Of a DNA stretch of 64,000 bases, positions 1 to 9,312 are shown one piece after another. The position numbers and the translations under genes are program-made. The stretch spans positions 224,001 through 288,000 of the forward strand of contig CAVXWZ010000002.1 in assembly GCA_963765575.1 (NCBI GenBank), read 5' to 3'. Under the pieces are notes generated by a model that worked only from the letters and a program-made list of their open reading frames with translations, did no database searches and was not told where the DNA came from. The DNA comes from an uncultured cyanobacterium. Its GTDB lineage: Bacteria; Cyanobacteriota; Cyanobacteriia; PCC-6307; Cyanobiaceae. Each line of letters begins with the position of its first letter. The first letter of the stretch is position 1.

Positions 1-86
1 CCTTGCCCGCCTCGGCGCGGTTTGCCGGGTGCGGCCAATGGACCGGACGGGGCGAGGTCCGGGGCTGGGGTCTGGGCTCTGGGCAT
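1..86 (-). CDS. Possible 5' end of the next gene (runs off the window)
   Basis: ATG at 86 on the minus strand with an open frame (MPRAQTPAPDLAPSG...) to the edge, just downstream of the GT8 stop. Confidence 0.3.
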   Translation of the reverse strand, partial: MPRAQTPAPDLAPSGPLAAPGKPRRGGQ

Positions 87-110
87 GCCGCCAGCGGATC
101 TGACTCAATC

Positions 111-1595
111 CTACGGGCCCTGTCCGGGCAGGCCTGGCAGGGGCTGGGCGCCCGCGGCCTGGAGCCGGCGCCGCACCGCCCGCTCCAGGGCCGGCAGGGG
201 CGGATCACTCCAGGGCTCGAAGCCCCCATCCCAGCTGCCGCCTGAGGCAATCAGGTCGTCCCCCTGGGCCAGCTCGGGGCTGAAGGGGGCCTCGATCAGC
301 AGCCAGCGCCAGTGCACACCGGCGGGCAGGGGCAGATCGGCCAGGGCCGGCTGCCATTCGAAGGGTGCCCAGAGCTGCAGGGGCGCTGCCGCCTCCAGGG
401 CCGCCGGCCAACCCTGGGGCCAGCGGGGCTGATCGGGCCAGCCGGGGCCCCAGAGCTGGGGATCGGCCAGCAGCAGATGGCGGCTGGCGGCCGGCTGGGC
501 AGCGGGATCAGCAAACAGGGCCGGCTGCGTCGCCAGCCGCGCCGGGCCTGACGGCAGGGGCGGGGCGGCCGCCCAGCTGCGGCGATGGAGGCCCAGGCGC
601 CAGGCCATCAGCAGCTGGCGGTAGTGGCGGTTCCAGAGCAGGTGGTCGCTCACCACCCCAGGCCGCAGCTCCTCGGCCGTGGGCACCAGCCAGGGCCAGG
701 TGAGCCAGGGTTTGGGGCCGGCGAAATGGAGCACCGAGAGACCCTCGGGGCAGCCGCCCAGGTAACGCACCAGGTACTTCACGTTGCAGTTGAAGTTGAG
801 GGGCAGCAGCTCCAGGGGCTGGTCGGCCAGCAGCAGGTTCCACACCTTCTGGTCGGCAAAGCGATCCAGCAGCGGACACACCGGCTGGCCGGCCGCGCCG
901 ATCAGGGCCAGCAGCCGCTGCTCCAGGGCGTCGCAGAGGGCCCAGCCCGGAATCGAAAGCACGCCGGAGTTGAGCACGGGCCGGCCGGTGGCCGGCGACA
1001 CCGCCGCCCAGGGCCTGTCGCCGCAGTCGGGGACCGCCCGGAAGGGATCCCCCTCCGCCCAGAGGGGATCGAGGGCGCCGGTGATCAGCAGGTCGGCATC
1101 CAGCACCACCACCCGGCGGTAGCCCCGCAGGCTGAGGGCATGGCTGTTGAGGTAGCCGAGGACACCGATGCGAGCGCGGTTGGCCGAATCCCGGGGCAGT
1201 TGCCCGGCCCAGGCGGCCTCGGGCCGCACAAACTCCAGCTGGGGATGAACCTGCCGCAGCCGGCGCTGCAGAAAGCGGCCCAGGCTGCCGTCGTGGGCCA
1301 CCACCACCGGGGAACTCAGCTGGGGATAGATCGCCCGCAGGCTGAGCAGCAGCGCTTCCAGGGCCCGCACAAAGCGCGCATTGGCGACGGTGACGAAGGC
1401 CACCTGCGGCCCCGGATCGCGGGCCTCCAGGAGGGTGTGGTGGCGGCTGGGCCAGTGGCGCTCCCCCAGCAGCTCGAGTTCGGAGCGGCGCAGCAGCTGG
1501 GGGTCAGGGGCCGCGGCCCGCAGCTCCTCCGCCCGCCGCTGTCCCTCAAGCTCCAGGCGGGCCCGATCGAGCCAGCCGTAGGGCGTGGGTGCCAA
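111..1595 (-). CDS. Glycosyltransferase family 8 with an uncharacterised C-terminal extension
   Basis: VVLDADLL (DxD), LNSGV, DQ..WN, NFN and LHFAGPKPW motifs typical of GT8. Confidence 0.8.
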   Translation of the reverse strand: MAPTPYGWLDRARLELEGQRRAEELRAAAPDPQLLRRSELELLGERHWPSRHHTLLEARDPGPQVAFVTVANARFVRALEALLLSLRAIYPQLSSPVVVAHDGSLGRFLQRRLRQVHPQLEFVRPEAAWAGQLPRDSANRARIGVLGYLNSHALSLRGYRRVVVLDADLLITGALDPLWAEGDPFRAVPDCGDRPWAAVSPATGRPVLNSGVLSIPGWALCDALEQRLLALIGAAGQPVCPLLDRFADQKVWNLLLADQPLELLPLNFNCNVKYLVRYLGGCPEGLSVLHFAGPKPWLTWPWLVPTAEELRPGVVSDHLLWNRHYRQLLMAWRLGLHRRSWAAAPPLPSGPARLATQPALFADPAAQPAASRHLLLADPQLWGPGWPDQPRWPQGWPAALEAAAPLQLWAPFEWQPALADLPLPAGVHWRWLLIEAPFSPELAQGDDLIASGGSWDGGFEPWSDPPLPALERAVRRRLQAAGAQPLPGLPGQGP

Positions 1596-1603
1596 GGGGA
1601 ACG

Positions 1604-2972
1604 TCAGCGGCGGTTGATGATGCCCAGGCTGAAGGAGCCGATGCCCCAGGCCGCCACCAGGCCGCCCAGCACCCCCAGGAAACCCTTCCAGCGCCAGTCA
1701 CTGACCTGCTGGGTGGGGGTTTCAGGATCGGAGAGGCGCACCAGAAACTTGAGCTGCTGCTGCACCCGCTGGCGGTTGGCGTCGGCAGAGGTGATCGCCG
1801 ACTTGACGGCCTCGGTGGCCAGCAGCACCTCGGTGTCGAGCTTGGAACTCTCGGCGAGAATGCGGTTGAGATCCTTGCCCTCGGGATTCACGAGCTGGGC
1901 GCGCTCCTCCTGAATCTGGCGCTCCAGTTCGCGCACCTGGTCGGTGACCCAGGCCACCTCAGGGGTGCTGTGGTCCTTGAACTGGCGCTTGAGGCTGGCT
2001 TCCTCCACCTTCAGATCCACCAGCCTGCTCTCCATTTCGGTGATGAAGCCGGTGGTGGCGGCGGCCGTCTGGGAGAGATTGACCTCGCCAAACTGGTTTT
2101 TGAAAGCGTTGAGGGCGGCGTTGGCCTTGTCGAGGCGGTCGCGCGACTTCTCAATCTCCTTCTCGAAAAAGCGCTGCTGGTTGAGGCTGATCTCCTGGTT
2201 GGTGCGGTTGAGAAACTGCTCAGCCTCCTGCAGCAACAGCTGGTTGAGGCGAAAGGAGGCCTCCGGCTGCAGGCCGATGGTGGTGAGATTGATGACGCCG
2301 CTGAGGTCCTGGGGGGTGACGAAGACCTGGCGGCGGAAGAAGGACAACTGCTGGTCAAAATCCGCATCTGTCACTCAGGCCAGCAAAGGGATCGCCCGGC
2401 TCCCGTGCCCAGGTTTCCGAGGGGCGCAACTGCAGGAACACCCGCTTCATCACCTCAGGAGAGGTGAGATAGACCGCCAGGAAGCGGCCGTCCTCCAGCG
2501 AGCCCAGCATGGTGGGCCCCGCCAGGGTCGTGCCCAGCAGGGTGCCTGTCGTGCCGGCGGGCGCCTGGGGCAGGCGCACGATGAAGCTCGACTCCACCTG
2601 GTAGCGGTTGCGGCCGATGGAGAAGAAGTAGATGGCCGAGCTGGCCACCACCACAACGGCCAGCACCACCGGCAGGGGGATGCGCAGAATCGGCTCCAGA
2701 GGGGCCTTGAGGCGGTCGCGCAGGCGGATGCGGCTGGAGGCGGGGCTGTCGTCGGTGGGTTCGACGTCTCCAGGCACCAGATCGCTGGCCGGAGCGGTCG
2801 GGGCCTGCAGACCGGCGATCATGGACACGCCCCAGCGACGGGCACCGGAGGCCCGGCGACGAAGCCGATCGCCACCACCGCGCAGCAACGCTGCCAGCGA
2901 CTCGGTGGCAGCCGCAGTGCGCCGAGCTCCACGACGGAACAGGGACCGCTCGGCACGGGTCTGCTGAATCAC
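1604..2972 (-). pseudogene. kpsE: Capsule export polysaccharide co-polymerase KpsE, split by a frameshift near 2370 (ORFs 2355..2972 and 1604..2374)
   Basis: N-terminal TM then RYQVESSFIVR and YLTSPEVM; coiled-coil periplasmic domain and C-terminal TM in the second frame; adjacent to kpsM. May be a sequencing indel. Confidence 0.75.
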
Positions 2973-3021
2973 GCGAAACCCACTCTCAACTTACGGCGAC
3001 AGGCTACCAGTGCCATCCAGG

Positions 3022-3876
3022 TCATCCCTCAAGATCAAAATTCTCGGACCCGGGCAGGTCCTCAGTGGAAAACAACACTTCTTCGTTGTTTCCGTAGATG
3101 AATAGGCCCAAACCGATAGATCCCACCACCCAGGCCCAGAAGTAGATGATGCTCACTCCGGGGATGGGGTAAGCAGGGTTGAAGCTCTGCCTGAGTAGCT
3201 CAACACCGTGGGCAATCGGATTCCAGAGAATCCAGCGACGAAACTCATCGGGAATGATCCGTATCGGGAAGAAGATGCAGGATGTCCACAAGAGGATACG
3301 GCGCAGGAACGTCTTGACAACCCAGGCCAAAAGGGGCAGACGGTGGCCAATAATCAGAGTGGTAAGACCAACTCCGAAGCCCAGCAGGGCAATGCCCACG
3401 AACAGAAAGATGGCCCGGCCTGGATTGGCCAGCACCAGCTGCCACTCCCAGACCGCCACTCCCAGAACGAAGAGCAGCAGCATCATTCCAAAAATCTGGC
3501 TGGTGAGCAGAGCATTCCCCATCAAAGAATCCAGGGGCCGCAGGCGGCGGTAAAAGTAGAGATCACTGCTCTTCTCCACACCGCTGATCGCCTTGATTGC
3601 CACATCAGCAAACATAAAAAAGGGAACAAAACCCAGGGCCAGCCAAAGCACCAGGTTGAGGTAATCGCCTTCACCAGCTCCCCGCAGCAGAATCCTCAGG
3701 GCCAGGAACGTACCGATCAGCGCCAGCGGCTCAAGAAACACCCCGGCCGCGCCGAACACGCCCTTGGCAGCGCGCAACTGCATCTCGCGGCGTGCCACCG
3801 CCGTGACGATGCGGAATTGCAGCAGGATCTGCGAGAGGGCGTGGCTGAAGGCCCGGCGCGCCATGGGTCGCCCCAT
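3022..3876 (-). CDS. kpsM: ABC-2 capsule export permease KpsM
   Basis: Multi-TM protein with RE..LR, LEP, SCIFFP and WNPIAHGVELLR motifs; start ATG overlaps the upstream stop (TGATG). Confidence 0.85.
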   Translation of the reverse strand: MGRPMARRAFSHALSQILLQFRIVTAVARREMQLRAAKGVFGAAGVFLEPLALIGTFLALRILLRGAGEGDYLNLVLWLALGFVPFFMFADVAIKAISGVEKSSDLYFYRRLRPLDSLMGNALLTSQIFGMMLLLFVLGVAVWEWQLVLANPGRAIFLFVGIALLGFGVGLTTLIIGHRLPLLAWVVKTFLRRILLWTSCIFFPIRIIPDEFRRWILWNPIAHGVELLRQSFNPAYPIPGVSIIYFWAWVVGSIGLGLFIYGNNEEVLFSTEDLPGSENFDLEG

Positions 3877-4946
3877 CAACTGAGCGCCATCGTATTGGCC
3901 TTTCCAGGCTGCAGCAGCTGCTTCAGGGACCGATTCTGCTGACGCAGGCGGGCGATCGCCTGCGACACCAGCTGCTCAAGCCGGCGGCGCTCGGTCGGAT
4001 CGTCCGGCGGGGTGAACACCCGCCGCTGCATCGCCACCACCGGCATCCGCTCGTCCCAGCGACAGCCCCACACCCTGCTGGCAAAGGCTGCATTGGCGGA
4101 CGCGAAGTGATCGGCGACCCTGGCAGCAGAGGCCCCATCGAAACCGCAATAGCGGTCGTCGGTCCAGCCCTCCTGCTCGGCGACGCGACGCACCACCGAG
4201 CCGCTGTTCGGCAACGTGCCGGGATCCAAGCCAAGCTCCAGCAGGCGGGCGCTGATCGCCTGGGCCAGCCAAACCCCCCGGCAGCCGGGCTGCACATTGC
4301 CCCGCGAGGGATCGGCGGGCCGCCAGCCCTCTTCGGGTTGCCGCCAGCCCTGGGAGGCCACCAAGCGCTCGAAGGGATCCCCGAGGCCGGGGTCATAGGC
4401 AAGAAACTCCAGCTCCAGGTCGGCGCTCCCGTCCGCCTGGTCGAGAAGGGGGGTGAACAGATGGGCGTAGTCGTAGATGGAGCGGCGCCCCTTGCCCAGC
4501 TGCACCTCCACATACTGCTCGAAGCTCTGGTGGTGATAGAGGCGGCGGGTGGAGTGAACGAAGCGGGCGTTGATGTAATCGGGCTGATCGCGCAGGAACA
4601 CCACCACCCGCAGTCGAAACCCCTCCTCGGCCAGCACCTCGAGCAAAGGGCCGTGGCGATCGGGGCGCGCCAGGGGCTGGGTGAAGTGCTCGCCGCTCAT
4701 CAGCACTGTGCCGGCGCTGGAGGGCAGGGCGCGCAGGTAGTCCCGCCATGGCTCCAAGCTGCCGCTGACCAGGGCGCCGGCGAGTGACTTGAACTTGAGC
4801 GCCACAGAGGCGGGGTAGTGGAGCGTGACGCCGGCGCGGGCCAGGGCGGCAATGTTGGCGTTCAGCCGGCTCTGGATGTAAGAGGTGGCTGTTTTGTGGG
4901 TGCCTGCGTGGATGACGAGCAGACGTGAGGGCTGGAGGGAGGACAT
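3876..4946 (-). CDS. Sulfotransferase-fold (P-loop-like) protein
   Basis: VIHAGTHKTATSYIQ, SGEHF and FLRDQPDYINARF; start chosen at MSSLQ (4946) because the longer ORF overlaps kpsT. Confidence 0.6.
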   Translation of the reverse strand: MSSLQPSRLLVIHAGTHKTATSYIQSRLNANIAALARAGVTLHYPASVALKFKSLAGALVSGSLEPWRDYLRALPSSAGTVLMSGEHFTQPLARPDRHGPLLEVLAEEGFRLRVVVFLRDQPDYINARFVHSTRRLYHHQSFEQYVEVQLGKGRRSIYDYAHLFTPLLDQADGSADLELEFLAYDPGLGDPFERLVASQGWRQPEEGWRPADPSRGNVQPGCRGVWLAQAISARLLELGLDPGTLPNSGSVVRRVAEQEGWTDDRYCGFDGASAARVADHFASANAAFASRVWGCRWDERMPVVAMQRRVFTPPDDPTERRRLEQLVSQAIARLRQQNRSLKQLLQPGKANTMALS

Positions 4947-4953
4947 CGCAGGC

Positions 4954-5874
4954 TCAGCTGAAGCGCCCCGGGGCAGTGGACGCAAAGAATGCACCGGGAC
5001 CGTTGTCGCGACCGCCGGAATCATTGGCGCCGGAATCATTGGCGCCGGAATCGTTGCCGTCAGAATCGCTGTCGTCTTGGTCGTCGTCGTCATCCATCAG
5101 GCGGCTGATGCGGGCGTTGATGCGCTCGCGACGGTCGTTCTTGAGCCGCTGGGATTCCTCTTTCACCATCTCCAGGCAGACCTCGGGATCACCGCGGTAG
5201 GCGAGCCGTCCATTGACGATGGCCACGCCCACATCGCAGTAGTCGAGGGCCAGCTTGTTCTGACCGGGAGCCGCCATCACCATGGTGCGGCCATCGATGC
5301 GCTGCTCGAACAGCTCCCGGATCCGCACCGAGTTCGGGTGGATGGCCCGATGGTCCCAGTTGCTGATCTTACCCACCGTCATCACATCAAAATCGAAGGC
5401 CAGCGACACAGCCAGCTCCAGCGACTTGCGCATCGGCCCCTTCCAGGAGGCCAGCGGTTCATGGAAGATGGTGTCATCGACGCCGGTGATCTCCTGGATC
5501 AGGGCCAGATCCTGGCCCATCCGCCCTGGTGCGCTGTAGATCTCGGCCGCGAAGCGGGCGTTGATATAACCGGAGAGTTTGTTGCTGAACGCCTGGTTGG
5601 AGCCGATGGGCCAGGACACCGAGCCGTGGTGCAGCACCGTGCCCTTGTCGGGTAGTTCCACCCCGGAGAGACAATCCAACAGGGTCTTGGCCTCGTAGCT
5701 GTTGACGCTGAACAGGGCCAATCGGTGGCCGTGGACCACAGACAAGGAGAGGTCGGTGAACGCCTTCTTGACCTCGTTGACGCCGGCCTTGAGGAGCTTG
5801 GAGGCCCGCTGCACTTCGATCACCGTGGACGGCGCGTTCACCGGGGACGGCTCGATCACGGGGGGCGAAGTCAT
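4954..5874 (-). CDS. KpsT-like ABC nucleotide-binding protein with degenerate catalytic motifs and an acidic tail
   Basis: KpsT scaffold (LSGVELPDKGTV, VSWPIG, LSGYINARF, EP, SLAFDFD) but Walker A, signature, Walker B and H-loop are all altered. Confidence 0.75.
   Translation of the reverse strand: MTSPPVIEPSPVNAPSTVIEVQRASKLLKAGVNEVKKAFTDLSLSVVHGHRLALFSVNSYEAKTLLDCLSGVELPDKGTVLHHGSVSWPIGSNQAFSNKLSGYINARFAAEIYSAPGRMGQDLALIQEITGVDDTIFHEPLASWKGPMRKSLELAVSLAFDFDVMTVGKISNWDHRAIHPNSVRIRELFEQRIDGRTMVMAAPGQNKLALDYCDVGVAIVNGRLAYRGDPEVCLEMVKEESQRLKNDRRERINARISRLMDDDDDQDDSDSDGNDSGANDSGANDSGGRDNGPGAFFASTAPGRFS
5013..5072. repeat. 15-bp tandem repeat (2 exact + 2 degenerate units) encoding NDSGA-like units
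   Basis: cgccggaatcattgg x2, then cgccggaatcgttgc and cgtcagaatcgctgt. Confidence 0.85.
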
Positions 5875-5973
5875 CAGGGCAGATCGCAGCGGAGGCGGTG
5901 GCGAGGCGAGCGAATGAAAGCAGAGCAGCCAGGACGGGGCCAAACCTACTCTGGGTGATCCCGAATCCAGGTC

Positions 5974-7203
5974 GTGCCCAGGCTCAGCCGACGCCAGTTT
6001 CTGATTGGCCTGCCGGCCGCCGCCGCGGCGGTGGCTGTGGGCCAGGCCGGTGTGGCGCGCCGGAACGGCTCCGCGCAGGCCGCCGAAACAGCGGTGCTGA
6101 TCCAGCGCCCGTTCGTGTCGGGCTTCGATGGCTACACCTGCTACCGCACCCCGGCCCTGGCCATCTCAGACCAAGGCACCGTGCTGGCCTTCTGCGGCGG
6201 CCGGGTGGACAACTGCAAGGACGAGGGCAACATCGATGTGATCCTGCGCCGCTCCACGGACGGCGGCCGCAGCTGGGGCCCCCTGCAGGTGATCGCCAAC
6301 GATGGCCGCAACCCCTGCAAGATTCCGCTGCCGGTGGTGCTGCCCAGCGGCCGCATCCTGGTGATGTGGCTGTGGAACGCCTCGGTGCGCAGCAAGGAGG
6401 ATCGCGGCCGCCGCCATGTGCGCCTCACCAGCTCCGACGACGACGGCCGCAGCTGGACGCCGGCACGGGACATCACCGACCAGGTGCGGCTACCGGGCTG
6501 GAAACCTTGGTACGGCATCGGTCCCGGTCACGGCATCGTCAAGCGGCGGGGTCCGGCTGTCGGTCGCATCGTGGTGCCGGCCCGCCATGGCCTGCGGGGC
6601 CGCGGCAGTGCCTCCCACCTGCTGCTCTCCGACGATGGCGGCGAGAGCTGGCGCGTGGGCGCCGTGGCCGGCTACAGCCCCAGCAGCGAGTGCAGCGTGG
6701 CCGAGCTGGCCGATGGCAGCCTGATGCTCAACAGCCGCAGCCAGGGCGGCCGGCGGGTGGTGAGCATCAGCCGTGACGGCGGCCTGACCATGGCCAGCAG
6801 CGGCCCCGACCCCACCCTGATCGAGCCGGAAAACGGCTGTCAGGCCAGCCTGCTCAGCTATGCCTTCAGGGCCGACGGTCAGACCACCCTGCTGTTCTCC
6901 AATCCCGTGGATCCGCAGCTGCGCACCAACGGCCGCATCCAGATCAGCCGCAACGACGGCCGCAGCTGGCAGCGCGGCTACGGCTACGCCAGCAGCCGGG
7001 GGGTGTTCACGGGCTACAGCGATCTGGCCCGCTTCGGCAATGGCGATGTGGCCCTGCTGTTCGAGTCGGGCGCCGACGCCCGCAAAGCCCGGGGGGAGGC
7101 CAAGCGGCGCAACCGCGAGCGGCTGGATGGCCGCGGCGACAACCGCCATGACGCCATCGAATTCCGGCGGGTGCCCTTCAGCCTGATCAGCGGCAACCCG
7201 TGA
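5974..7203 (+). CDS. Tat-exported sialidase-family glycoside hydrolase (GH33)
   Basis: SRRQFL twin-arginine signal; YRTP (RIP-like) motif; five Asp-boxes (STDGGRSW, SDDDGRSW, SDDGGESW, SRDGGLT, SRNDGRSW); SEC, NSR, RTN and GYS catalytic positions. Confidence 0.88.
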   Translation: MPRLSRRQFLIGLPAAAAAVAVGQAGVARRNGSAQAAETAVLIQRPFVSGFDGYTCYRTPALAISDQGTVLAFCGGRVDNCKDEGNIDVILRRSTDGGRSWGPLQVIANDGRNPCKIPLPVVLPSGRILVMWLWNASVRSKEDRGRRHVRLTSSDDDGRSWTPARDITDQVRLPGWKPWYGIGPGHGIVKRRGPAVGRIVVPARHGLRGRGSASHLLLSDDGGESWRVGAVAGYSPSSECSVAELADGSLMLNSRSQGGRRVVSISRDGGLTMASSGPDPTLIEPENGCQASLLSYAFRADGQTTLLFSNPVDPQLRTNGRIQISRNDGRSWQRGYGYASSRGVFTGYSDLARFGNGDVALLFESGADARKARGEAKRRNRERLDGRGDNRHDAIEFRRVPFSLISGNP

Positions 7204-8261
7204 GTAAGGGATCGGGGAACCTCAAGGCCAGCTGGCTGCATGAGCCCCTGCGCCTGCTGATGCCAGGCGGACCGGCCCGGAGTGCTGAGCTGGTGGCCGC
7301 CAACGACCTGCTGCGCAGGCGCACCGCCCTGCTCACAAGCAGGCGGCGACGACGGGGGCGGGGTGGATCCTCAAACCTTTACACCGAGGTGATCGAATCA
7401 GGCGGCCAGCGCTACTTCCTCAAGGCCGTCAAGCCTGGCCAGGACAGGGAACTGCGCTTCTACTCCGCCCTGCTCGGGGGCACCGTGCGCAGCCGTGGGC
7501 CTCGCTACCTGATTCCCAAGCCACTGCTGGTCACCCAGACCGAACACTCGACCACTTACCTGGTTCCTTACTACGCCGTGCGCACCCTGAGGCGGCCGGC
7601 CTTTCTGAGGCGCCCGGGATGGCCGCTGCTCCAGGGCGTGGCGGCCTTCAATGCCGCCCACCTGGCCACGGCAGAGCTGCGGAACTGCTTTGAACTGGCC
7701 CGCTGCGCTCCAGATGTGAACCAGGAGGAGCTGAGCCAGGCCTTCAGCGCCTATCCCCCCGCCCAGGTGGATCGGCTGCATGGCGACATCCTGGACTGCT
7801 GCTCCCAGGTGCAGGGGCAGCTGGAGAGGCTGAGCCTGGACGCCGACTCCGCCCAGGGCGAGCTCCCCTTTGCCCTGGCGATGAACGACTTCAACCGCGA
7901 GAACGCCGGGTTCGCCAGCAGCGAGCGGCGCCAGCAGGTGGTGCTGATGGACATGGGCCGCGCCCTGCTGGCCCCGTTGGGGCACGACCTGCGCTGGCAT
8001 TTCCATTACACCTGCCAGATGAGGCTGGAGATCTCCAGGGTCCAGAGGGTGGTGGCCGTCTACGCCGCGGCCCTGCGCGAGCAGCACCTGGAGGTCGATC
8101 CCCGTGCCTTGGCGGTGGCCGGCCTGGCCGGCTATCTGCAGAACTGGTTCAGTCAGCGCTGCCTGCTGCCCAACGCCCGAGCTCCGCTGGAGCAGAAATG
8201 GCGGCGGCTCCAGCACAAGGTCGCCTTCGTGCGGGGCTGCCTGCAGCAGCTGGAACGCTGA
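7200..8261 (+). CDS. APH/choline-kinase-like phosphotransferase
   Basis: YFLK...RELRFY, NDFNREN catalytic loop, VLMDMG and PLGHDL; GTGA overlap with the sialidase stop. Confidence 0.55.
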   Translation: MSKGSGNLKASWLHEPLRLLMPGGPARSAELVAANDLLRRRTALLTSRRRRRGRGGSSNLYTEVIESGGQRYFLKAVKPGQDRELRFYSALLGGTVRSRGPRYLIPKPLLVTQTEHSTTYLVPYYAVRTLRRPAFLRRPGWPLLQGVAAFNAAHLATAELRNCFELARCAPDVNQEELSQAFSAYPPAQVDRLHGDILDCCSQVQGQLERLSLDADSAQGELPFALAMNDFNRENAGFASSERRQQVVLMDMGRALLAPLGHDLRWHFHYTCQMRLEISRVQRVVAVYAAALREQHLEVDPRALAVAGLAGYLQNWFSQRCLLPNARAPLEQKWRRLQHKVAFVRGCLQQLER

Positions 8262-8276
8262 GGGAGCAGCGGCTGG

Positions 8277-9284
8277 TCAGCCCTGCTGATTGAGGGTGTC
8301 GCCCAGCAAGCGGTCACCGAGGGCCCGCAGCTGGCGGCGCTCCTGGGGACTGCGGGGTCTTTGGGGGCTGGGTCGCGGCTGGGGGCTGGGGAACAGCTCG
8401 CGCCATGGGCGGCCCCACACCCGCTGGGCAAAGCGCTCATTGCCCGCCGCGTAGCGCTGCTCCAGGCGGGCCTGCAGCGCTCCATCGACACCCTGGTAAG
8501 GCTCGGCCGGCCAGTTCTGCTCCTGGGCCAGCTGTTCGAGGGCCTGGCGCAGCCGTGCCTTGAAACCGGCGTCGCGCCAGGCCTCAGGATGGCGGCGCCG
8601 CAGCCGTCGGGCCAGGTGCTGGGCCAGCCACACGGCCTTCCAGCCCGGTTGGCTGTTGGCCAGCTGCTCGAGCGGGCGCAGGGTCTGCGGATCGGCGACG
8701 CCGATGGCCCGCAACAGCCGCTCACAGGGGTCGGCCTCACCGGAACGAAAGGGCAGAAAACTGGTGGTCACCGCCGGATGGTCGAGGGCGGCAGTGAACA
8801 GGAGCTCGTAGTCGCACTCGCCCTTGCAGCCGCCCCGCATGGTGAGCTTCAGGTAGCGGCGAAAGGGCAGGGCGAAGTAGAAGCGTTTGATCAGTTGCGT
8901 GTAGCGGGAGTTGAGATAGGCGGGCTGATCACGCACGAAGGCCACCAGGTGCAGATCCATCGACTGCGCGGCCAGGAAGTCGACCAGCTCGGCCAGCAGT
9001 GTGGTGCCGCCGGGTTGTCGGCATTCATGCAGCAGCTCGGACAGGATCTCCGCTGAGATCAGCGGGTCGCCCCCCCGCCGTCTGGCGCTCTTGACCAGCT
9101 GGACCCAGGGCTCCATCTGGCCCTGGCGCAGTGCTTTGACCAGCAGCAGGTGGTCGCGACGGCGGCGCGGATAGAGCAGGCCTTGGCGGCGCAGAAGGCG
9201 GCGGTTGCGTTTGAGGCGATGCTGGATGTAGGTGGAGGCGGTCTTGTTGATGCCCACGTGCAGATGAAGCGTGCGCCTCTCCAC
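8277..9284 (-). CDS. Sulfotransferase-fold protein, paralog of 3876..4946
   Basis: LHLHVGINKTASTYIQ, SAEIL, FVRDQPAYLNSRY and NSQPG..AVWLAQ; GTG start at 9284. Confidence 0.6.
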   Translation of the reverse strand: MERRTLHLHVGINKTASTYIQHRLKRNRRLLRRQGLLYPRRRRDHLLLVKALRQGQMEPWVQLVKSARRRGGDPLISAEILSELLHECRQPGGTTLLAELVDFLAAQSMDLHLVAFVRDQPAYLNSRYTQLIKRFYFALPFRRYLKLTMRGGCKGECDYELLFTAALDHPAVTTSFLPFRSGEADPCERLLRAIGVADPQTLRPLEQLANSQPGWKAVWLAQHLARRLRRRHPEAWRDAGFKARLRQALEQLAQEQNWPAEPYQGVDGALQARLEQRYAAGNERFAQRVWGRPWRELFPSPQPRPSPQRPRSPQERRQLRALGDRLLGDTLNQQG

Positions 9285-9312
9285 AGACCCCCCACCAACG
9301 CAACAAGCAACC

